A stretch of 62,344 bases of DNA from Candidatus Stahliibacteriota bacterium (GTDB lineage Bacteria; Hydrothermota; Tepidihabitantia; SM23-42), in NCBI GenBank assembly GCA_030609135.1, contig JAUWCU010000004.1, positions 1 through 62,344 of the forward strand. Direction: 5' to 3'. Shown in pieces: positions 1 through 6,429 of this stretch. Each line of letters starts with the position of its first letter. Positions within the stretch are counted from its first letter, which is position 1. A model generated the notes under the pieces. The model saw only the letters and a program-made list of their open reading frames with translations, was not told where the DNA came from and searched no databases. Both the position numbers and the translations under genes were made by a program.

Positions 1-18
1 TGGGAGAAATGGTGAAAA

Positions 19-50
19 TCGTATTCGTGAATCGTGCATCGTACTCGTAA
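19..50. repeat. degenerate 6-7 nt periodic array (TCGTNNN)x5
   Basis: tcgtat/tcgtgaa/tcgtgca/tcgtac/tcgtaaa read directly from the sequence. Confidence 0.6.
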
Positions 51-133
51 AAAAACGATAATTGACTAAATTTATCCCGCCTGTCCCGTCGTGATAAACA
101 GCGGGGTAGTTCATTAGAACACCGAGACCCAAA

Positions 134-250
134 TCCCAAGCTCCAAGAACCAAGTTCCAAGAAGCAAGAAGACACGGAGATAAAGAGAAGGGACGAAGTT
201 GGGAAGTTATGAGGATTGGAAGATGAGAGATTCCGGCGGAGAGAGTAAAT
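134..250. repeat. heptamer array (NNCCAAG)x5 at 134-168, then octamer array (GANNNNNN)x10 at 171-250
   Basis: Heptamers are tcccaag ctccaag aaccaag ttccaag aagcaag. Octamers are gacacgga gataaaga gaagggac gaagttgg gaagttat gaggattg gaagatga gagattcc ggcggaga gagtaaat. The array is in phase with the element starting at 251. Confidence 0.7.
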
Positions 251-313
251 GGAGTGCAACGGCTGGTCCTGAACTTGATTCAGGATGCATGCAGTAGCAA
301 GCTACTGCACTCC
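251..313. repeat. GGAGTGCA...TGCACTCC nested-palindrome element, copy 1
   Basis: Termini are GGAGTGCA and TGCACTCC. Internal hairpins are TCCTGAA-cttga-TTCAGGA and TGCAGTAGC-AA-GCTACTGCA. The flanks are homologous, in reverse complement, to the flanks of the copy at 58642. Confidence 0.8.
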
Positions 314-372
314 GTAGCCACGCTTCGTTGAAGACACGTTCGTCTACGCCGAACTGGAGACATGCTAACGCT

Positions 373-457
373 GTAGTTGTCTGATTTATCAGACAATGCC
401 CGATAAATCGGGCGACTACGATTCATTGAAACAATGCCCGATAAATCGGGCGACTAC
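373..457. repeat. REP cluster A: 3 GTAG-headed REP hairpins (373-394 +, 398-419 -, 436-457 -)
   Basis: GTAGTTGTCTGATTTATCAGAC, then two copies of GCCCGATAAATCGGGCGACTAC carried in a 38-bp tandem duplication (395-432 and 433-470). Confidence 0.85.
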
Positions 458-482
458 GATTCATTGAGTCATTATATAGAGG

Positions 483-527
483 AAACAAACAAAATGTGGG
501 CAAGGTTACTCTGCACCCTGCCCACAT
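483..527 (-). terminator. rho-independent terminator of the 549-1136 gene
   Basis: 9-bp stem ATGTGGGCA (494-502) pairs with TGCCCACAT (519-527). On the minus strand it is followed by TTTTGTTTGTTT. Confidence 0.6.
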
Positions 528-548
528 TTCAGATTGTGTATACGTCAA

Positions 549-1136
549 CTAATCTTCTATCTCTAACAGCTTGGATATCTCATCCCAGTGTTTCTTGACG
601 AGATTTTTGTTGAACTGAGGGACTTTATCGGCAATTTTCTTCATTTGTTTCATTGAATTCAATCCTGTTTTCATCATATCTTTCTGAGCCTCAGGGATAT
701 TGGGATCTTTCAGTTGTTTTTCAATTTCTACCAGGCTCGCTTCCATTTCGCTCATTTGTTCTGCCATCATAATAGCAATTGAAGCCATCCAGGTTTTGGC
801 AAAGGCAGGCCAGAATTCATTCCACGGCATACCAGCGGCGGTTAATTTGGCGTTAAGACCAGGGACTTCCTTGTCCATGGTCGCAAACTGACCTATCCAA
901 CCTTCCCAATTTTCTTCATCACTTTTAAACTCCTTGCCGGATTCATCAATTGTTTTTTTCGCCACCGGAGCCGCCTTCATAAACTTCTGGAGTTCTGCTT
1001 CAGTTAGTTTACCATAAGCTACTTCGCTACCTGCTTTGCTTTCAGTGGGCTCGGCTTTAGTCTCGCCTTCAGGTGGTGCACCACAAAAAGCTACAAAAAG
1101 AACACTCAATAAGCCCAGCATCAACAACTTTTTCAT
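549..1136 (-). CDS. secreted or lipoprotein-like hypothetical protein
   Basis: AGGAGG lies 7 nt upstream of the ATG at 1136, which is an internal Met of the 549-1172 track ORF. Signal peptide MKKLLMLGLLSVLFVAFCG. I recognise no family. Confidence 0.6.
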   Translation of the reverse strand: MKKLLMLGLLSVLFVAFCGAPPEGETKAEPTESKAGSEVAYGKLTEAELQKFMKAAPVAKKTIDESGKEFKSDEENWEGWIGQFATMDKEVPGLNAKLTAAGMPWNEFWPAFAKTWMASIAIMMAEQMSEMEASLVEIEKQLKDPNIPEAQKDMMKTGLNSMKQMKKIADKVPQFNKNLVKKHWDEISKLLEIED

Positions 1137-1210
1137 CAATACCTCCTTTTGAAGTTGTCCTCTATTATACATAGTTTGAATATTAAATCAAGTGGGAACT
1201 AACAAAATTC

Positions 1211-3199
1211 CTAAGCCGACTCAACGCGATTTTTACCGAGTCGTTTCGCCCGGTAAAGAGCGCGGTCCGCGATTTGAATTAATTCTACTTGGGTCTCTGC
1301 ATTACTCGGGTAGGTCGCAACGCCGATCGATATCGTCATTCTTTTTCTATCGCGACCTTTTTTTGTTAGCTGCTTTCCTTCAACTGCAAAGCGCAGCCTC
1401 TCAGAAACCTTTAAAGCCAAAGGATGACTCGTTTCTGGAAATATAACCACGAATTCTTCACCGCCGTAACGTGCTACAAAATCCGTATCGCGTAAATTCC
1501 TCTTTAATGTATCTACGATGTGAATTAGCATCTTGTCACCTGCGACATGACCAAAACGATCATTGAAACTCTTGAAATCATCCAGATCAATCATCGCGAG
1601 ACTCAACTGCCTTGAATAACCCCTTGCTTTTTTTAGTTCATTATCAAGCATGAGGTTGAAATGTCTTCGATTAGCAATCGTGGTTAAGGCATCGGTCAAT
1701 GAGAGCTCCTTGGTTTGATCGTACAACCGCGCGTTCTCAATCGCAATAGCAGCCTGTGAAGCAAATACTGAAAACATATGTAGATCTTTTTCAGTAAAGG
1801 CAGCGAGTTTATCGCTTTCAATATCGAGAACACCGATTACCTCTCCTTTTATCTTCAGTGGAACAGCTGCTTCGGATTTGGTTGACTTCTTCAACATATG
1901 ATAAAAAGGGACTTTTGAAACATCAGGCGCATAATGCAATTCGCCGGTCCAAGCAACATGACCGCAGATACCCTGCTCACCGATTTTCAACCTGACCTTC
2001 TTGTAAATTCCAGACGTATAACCATGGGCTGCCTTGACATATAGTTCCTTTCCTTTGATAAGAAGAATCGCGATGTTTGCATAACCAAAAGTATTACGTA
2101 TGACTTTGAGGATCGTATCAAGAACATCATCAAGTTCCAGGGTCGAAATCAGGGATTTGGCAATGGTAAAGGAAACAGTCAGTTCTTTTGCGTTGTCTTT
2201 TGCCTGTTCATAAAGATGGGCATTGTGCAGAGCAACACTAAGACAGTCTGCAATCAATTCGAGAATTCTGATCGTATTACTGTTAAAGGCATTCAGCTCA
2301 TCACACTCAATATCCAACACGCCGATCATTTTTCTTCCAACTTTTAGAGGCAAAGCGAATTCTGACTTGGTACTGATTTGGCCATAGGCGCGATAGAGCT
2401 TTTCCTTAGAGACGTCATTTGCCACGATTTTCTTGCCAGCCTGTGCCACCGTACCAACTATACTCTGACCCAACTTGAGTTTGAGGTCTCTCGGCACTTC
2501 ATCCCGAAACCCTTTAGCCAACTTTCTGAGAATAACTACATTCTTTTCTACTAAAAAGATCGAAACATTGAAATTACTGAAATGTTGAAGAATAGACTTT
2601 GTGACATTTTCGCAGATCTTTTCGATATCAAGGCTTTTAGTCAATTGGTGGGCGATCTTGTTCATCACCTCAAGCTCTTTGGCTCTTTTCACTTCCTCTT
2701 CGATCAACCTTGTATTGGCAACGACGATTGCTGCTCTGGCGGCAATCCGGTTCAGCAGATACTCATCTTCTTCAGTATAAACATTATTATGCTTGTAATT
2801 TTGAACTGTGATTACGCCTTCAACATTGTTTTTGTAAATCATGGGAACGCCTAACCAGCTTCTGGCATTCCTGCCAAGCGGTTTGACACCGATCTTTCTG
2901 CAAAACTGCTTCAGGTTAGAATTAATACGAACTGACTTTTTTGTCCTAATAACATATTCAGTCATGCCTTTTGACAAAACCCGGGGGGCAACATCTTCTT
3001 CCACGCCGTTTATCTTGTAGATCTCGAAACTAATTATGTTCTCATCACGGTTGTAAAGGGCAATATAAAAATTGCTGCAGTCAAGAACCTTACCAATTTC
3101 CTGGTAGATTTTCCTGATAACCTTACTCAGATCATACGATGAACCAAGGATATTATCGATCCTTACGAAAAGCTGTCCCCTTTTCTTCTCCCTACTCAT
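1211..3199 (-). CDS. GAF-GAF-GAF-GGDEF diguanylate cyclase
   Basis: C-terminal GGDEF domain with active site RYGGEEF and an RxxD I-site (RDTD) 5 residues upstream. Three GAF-like repeats. Start reassigned to ATG 3199 because the track start at 3241 is a TTG that is itself the -35 hexamer. Confidence 0.85.
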   Translation of the reverse strand: MSREKKRGQLFVRIDNILGSSYDLSKVIRKIYQEIGKVLDCSNFYIALYNRDENIISFEIYKINGVEEDVAPRVLSKGMTEYVIRTKKSVRINSNLKQFCRKIGVKPLGRNARSWLGVPMIYKNNVEGVITVQNYKHNNVYTEEDEYLLNRIAARAAIVVANTRLIEEEVKRAKELEVMNKIAHQLTKSLDIEKICENVTKSILQHFSNFNVSIFLVEKNVVILRKLAKGFRDEVPRDLKLKLGQSIVGTVAQAGKKIVANDVSKEKLYRAYGQISTKSEFALPLKVGRKMIGVLDIECDELNAFNSNTIRILELIADCLSVALHNAHLYEQAKDNAKELTVSFTIAKSLISTLELDDVLDTILKVIRNTFGYANIAILLIKGKELYVKAAHGYTSGIYKKVRLKIGEQGICGHVAWTGELHYAPDVSKVPFYHMLKKSTKSEAAVPLKIKGEVIGVLDIESDKLAAFTEKDLHMFSVFASQAAIAIENARLYDQTKELSLTDALTTIANRRHFNLMLDNELKKARGYSRQLSLAMIDLDDFKSFNDRFGHVAGDKMLIHIVDTLKRNLRDTDFVARYGGEEFVVIFPETSHPLALKVSERLRFAVEGKQLTKKGRDRKRMTISIGVATYPSNAETQVELIQIADRALYRAKRLGKNRVESA

Positions 3200-3212
3200 A
3201 TCGAACCTTAAT

Positions 3213-3241
3213 AGTATAGCACCAAAATAATCGTTTGTCAA
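3213..3241 (-). promoter_or_regulatory. sigma70-type promoter of the GGDEF gene
   Basis: TTGACA (3241-3236), N17, TATACT (3218-3213), then 13 nt to ATG 3199. No SD in the gap. Confidence 0.55.
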
Positions 3242-3427
3242 CAGCCTGTCTTAGATTTCTTAAGAAGTCAGAAATCTTCGATTACAATGATTATACTAAT
3301 AGATATCAGAGATTTAAAGTCATGAAATATCAGTGTAATCTTTCTTGCATCGATGCCTGCCCCGTAAGTTATTATACTTATGGGGTAATCGAGAGAGCTC
3401 TGAATGTTTTTTCAGAGCTCTCATCAA

Positions 3428-3455
3428 TTGACAACACCAGAAAAATACGTATAAT
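3428..3455 (+). promoter_or_regulatory. consensus sigma70-type promoter abutting yjbQ (leaderless candidate)
   Basis: TTGACA (3428-3433), N16, TATAAT (3450-3455), then 7 nt to ATG 3463. Confidence 0.6.
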
Positions 3456-3462
3456 CTTTTAT

Positions 3463-3861
3463 ATGATTGAGAAAATAAGCGTCCGTACACATCGCCGAGA
3501 TGAATTATGCGATATCACAAAGCAAATTCAGCATGTAATAAACAAACAAAAGGTCAAAGATGGCATCTTGCACATATTCTGTCCACACACCACTGCCGCG
3601 CTCACGATTAATGAGAATTGCGATCCAGCTGTGCAGAACGATATCTCTGACACCTTAAACAAACTCATACCAGCCAATGCCGGGTATAAACATGCCGAGG
3701 GTAATGCTGATGCCCACATCAAATCAGCTATCACCGGTTCTTCAAGAACCCTTTTCATAGAAGGTGGTAATATCTCTTTTGGAACCTGGCAAGGGATATA
3801 TTTATGCGAATTTGACGGCCCAAGAACAAGAGAAGTGTGGGTAAAAATTCTAAAAGAATGA
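3463..3861 (+). CDS. yjbQ: YjbQ/UPF0047 family protein (secondary thiamine-phosphate synthase family)
   Basis: MIEKISVRTHRRDELCDITKQI...HTTAALTINENCDP...GNADAHIKS...GTWQGIYLCEFDGPR is typical of UPF0047. Family similarity starts at Met77 of the track ORF. Confidence 0.85.
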   Translation: MIEKISVRTHRRDELCDITKQIQHVINKQKVKDGILHIFCPHTTAALTINENCDPAVQNDISDTLNKLIPANAGYKHAEGNADAHIKSAITGSSRTLFIEGGNISFGTWQGIYLCEFDGPRTREVWVKILKE

Positions 3862-3974
3862 ATTTTTGCGCAGCAAAAAGATGAATGCGGATTTATACAG
3901 ATTTATTTATCCGTTTGAATCAGTTCAAATCTGTTTGCATCTAATTTTTTAGAATAAAAAATTAAGGAGGAACG

Positions 3975-5042
3975 ATGCATAAGAAACTATTCATCCCCGG
4001 ACCGACTGAAGTCAGGCAGGATATACTTGATGCCCAAACAGAAAAAATGATTGGTCATCGCAGCAAAGCATTTACTGAGTTATATACCGGCATTATCAAA
4101 AAACTCCAGGAACTGCTCGCAACGAACAACTTCATTACGGTACTAACCGCTTCAGGCACTGCCTTTATGGAAGGAGCGATCAGAAACTGCGTGAATAAAG
4201 ATGTATTGTGTTGCGTGAACGGAGCTTTTAGTGACCGGTGGTTCAAAATAGCTCAAAAATGCGACAGAAATCCAGAGGTGATTACTTTGGACTGGGGTAA
4301 GGCGATAAAACCCGAGATGGTCGAAGCGAAGTTGCAAGAGAAGAAATATGAAGCCGTAACCCTTGTACAGAATGAGACATCTACTGGTGTACGCAACCCT
4401 ATTGAGGAAATCGCTGAGGTGTTGAAAAAATATCCAGATGTACTCTTCCTGGTTGATACAGTCAGTTCACTGATGGGTGACAAGATTGAGATTGGAAAAC
4501 TCGGGATCGACGTCTGCTTTGCTTCATCACAGAAAGCCTTTGCACTACCACCCGGTCTTGCAGTCTGTGTAGTCAGTGATAAGGCATTAGAAAAGGCAAA
4601 AACCGTAAAAGGTCGCGGACTTTATTGCGATTTTGTCGGACTTAAAGACTACTTTGATAAAAAAGGACAGACCCCTTCAACACCAGCCATCTCACTTATG
4701 TACGCAATGGACAAGCAACTCGAGAAGATTAAGGCAGAAGGCATGGAAAAGCGCTACGAGAGACACGTTGCAATGGCTAAGTATGTACAAGACTGGGGCA
4801 AGAAGTACTTCAGCATGTTTTCTGAACCAGGCTATGAGTCAATTACAGTCTCGTGCATGAACAATACCCGCGGTGTCAGCATCGCGGATTTGAATAGTGA
4901 ACTCGGAAAACGTGGCTTTGCGATCTCCAATGGCTACGGCAAACTAAAGGAGAAAGCATTTAGAATTGCCCATATGGGTGATTTGACGGTTGATGAGATT
5001 AAGGAATTAATCGATAATATTAATGAAATACTTGGAATATAA
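3975..5042 (+). CDS. class V aminotransferase (serine-pyruvate/alanine-glyoxylate or archaeal-type phosphoserine aminotransferase)
   Basis: N-terminus FIPGPTEV and PLP-lysine context SSQKAFALPPGL. AAGGAGG SD 5 nt upstream. Adjacent to a serA-like gene. Confidence 0.85.
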   Translation: MHKKLFIPGPTEVRQDILDAQTEKMIGHRSKAFTELYTGIIKKLQELLATNNFITVLTASGTAFMEGAIRNCVNKDVLCCVNGAFSDRWFKIAQKCDRNPEVITLDWGKAIKPEMVEAKLQEKKYEAVTLVQNETSTGVRNPIEEIAEVLKKYPDVLFLVDTVSSLMGDKIEIGKLGIDVCFASSQKAFALPPGLAVCVVSDKALEKAKTVKGRGLYCDFVGLKDYFDKKGQTPSTPAISLMYAMDKQLEKIKAEGMEKRYERHVAMAKYVQDWGKKYFSMFSEPGYESITVSCMNNTRGVSIADLNSELGKRGFAISNGYGKLKEKAFRIAHMGDLTVDEIKELIDNINEILGI

Positions 5043-5102
5043 TCAAAAGAGGGCTTGAGAAGGCGAATTGAAGGCAAATATAAGGCGATAGAATAAAAGT
5101 AT

Positions 5103-5163
5103 GTGGGAGCGGGTTTCTACCCGCGATAATCGAACCTGGAAAGGCTCTCCCACAATCGGAGAC
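5103..5163. repeat. GTGGGAGCGGG...CCCGCGATAATCG palindromic module
   Basis: GTGGGAG (5103-5109) pairs with CTCCCAC (5157-5163). Inner hairpin CGGGTttctACCCG. The same termini occur in reverse complement at 33519-33578 around a different interior. Confidence 0.6.
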
Positions 5164-5253
5164 ACGGAGAAAAAAGATGGATGAAAACTCATCGCGTAAA
5201 TCCGTGCTGATATCTGCGGAAATTTGGGCAAAAGTCGCAAAGGAGGATAAGAA

Positions 5254-6150
5254 ATGAAGGTTTTGATTGCTGACCCAATTGCTCCACAAGGCATTGAGAT
5301 ATTAAAGGATGCCGGTTTTGAAGTTATTGAAAAAACCGGCTTGAGTCCTGAAGAATTAGCAAAGGTCATATCTGATTATGACGGGATAATTGTGAGAAGC
5401 GCCACCAAGGTGACTAAAGAGGTGATCGAAGCGGCAAAGAACCTGAAGGTTATTGGTCGAGCAGGTATTGGCTTAGACAATGTCGACCAAGAAACAGCCA
5501 AGAACAAAGGGGTAAAAGTAGTCAACACGCCGACCGCGACTTCAATCTCAGTGGCAGAGCTTGCTCTAGGTATGATGTTTGCTGCGGCACGCCGAATCCC
5601 CCAGGCAAATGTATCTACCCGAGCTTCGAAATGGGAAAAGAAGAAATTCAAGGGATTTGAATTGTACGGTAAGAGACTCGGCATAATCGGGCTTGGTCGA
5701 ATTGGAACAGAATTAGCAAAACGCGCCAAAGCTCTGGGTATGTCAGTAAAAGCCTATGATCCATACGTGAAAACGAGCGACTATGCTGACATTGTTGACT
5801 TTGAAACTCTTATCAAAGAAGCTGATTATATCTCGCTACATATCCCTAAAACAAAAGAAACCGAGCACATCCTGGACAAAGCCGCCTTTGAAAAGATGAT
5901 GGATAACGTTGTGATAATCAATTGCGCACGCGGCGGTGTCGTTGATGAAGGCGCCCTGTATGATGCAATCACTTCTGGCAAAGTACGCATTGCTTGTATT
6001 GATGTTTACGAAAGTGAACCAGCAAAAGAAAACAAACTTTTCGAACTCGACCAGGTTATTGTAACACCACATATCGGTGCACAAACCAAAGAAGGACAAA
6101 CGCGCGCCGGTACGCAAATAGCTGAACTGGTAAGGAATGCACTGAAGTAG
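5254..6150 (+). CDS. serA: D-3-phosphoglycerate dehydrogenase-like 2-hydroxyacid dehydrogenase (short form, no ACT domain)
   Basis: NAD-binding motif GIIGLGRIGTELAKRA, N-terminus MKVLIADPI, C-terminus TPHIGAQT. SD AAAGGAGG. The TAG stop lies inside a GTAGTTG REP-like head. Confidence 0.8.
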   Translation: MKVLIADPIAPQGIEILKDAGFEVIEKTGLSPEELAKVISDYDGIIVRSATKVTKEVIEAAKNLKVIGRAGIGLDNVDQETAKNKGVKVVNTPTATSISVAELALGMMFAAARRIPQANVSTRASKWEKKKFKGFELYGKRLGIIGLGRIGTELAKRAKALGMSVKAYDPYVKTSDYADIVDFETLIKEADYISLHIPKTKETEHILDKAAFEKMMDNVVIINCARGGVVDEGALYDAITSGKVRIACIDVYESEPAKENKLFELDQVIVTPHIGAQTKEGQTRAGTQIAELVRNALK

Positions 6151-6248
6151 TTGGATAGTCTAATAGTCGGATAGTCGGGAAACAAAGGATATCAGGGTAT
6201 CAGATAATCAGGATATTAGACTATACGACTATAAGACAATAAGACTAT
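6151..6248. repeat. octamer periodic array with self-complementary arms
   Basis: ggatagtc taatagtc ggatagtc ... aaggatat cagggtat cagataat caggatat tagactat acgactat aagacaat aagactat. The (N)ATAGTC units on the left are complementary to the GACTAT(N) units on the right. Confidence 0.7.
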
Positions 6249-6411
6249 CAGGCTGTTGATTTAGTGGAGTAGGGGCTTTCCTCCAGAACCGATGGTTCTT
6301 ACGGAACCAGAGGTTAGCCCCGTTAAAAGCAATGAAATTTCATCGGTTTTCACGAGCATAAATGCTCTACTCCAGTGAAAAATGACTTTTTCAACAGTTT
6401 GAATAAAACTA
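6249..6411. repeat. about 165-nt structured repeat with terminal inverted repeats, copy 1
   Basis: The first 78 nt are identical to 22314-22391. Nested pairings are CTGTTGA/TCAACAG, TGGAGTAG/CTACTCCA, GGGGCT/AGCCCC, AGAACC/GGTTCT and GAGCA/TGCTC. Confidence 0.8.
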
Positions 6412-6429
6412 TATTTTGAAGGAGAAGAA

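Noticed and set aside
3235-3462. A 76-aa N-terminal extension of the yjbQ ORF, as listed in the track (3235-3861).
   Set aside because: UPF0047 similarity begins at Met77. The extension contains a consensus TTGACA-N16-TATAAT promoter and overlaps the divergent cyclase promoter.
5215-5245. A possible c-di-GMP-I (GEMM-I) riboswitch, suggested by GGCAAA and CGCAAAG strings upstream of serA and of the 11825 gene.
   Set aside because: The two strings are only 3 nt apart, with no intervening P1b hairpin and no second tetraloop-receptor arm. The region is far too short for the roughly 85-nt aptamer.
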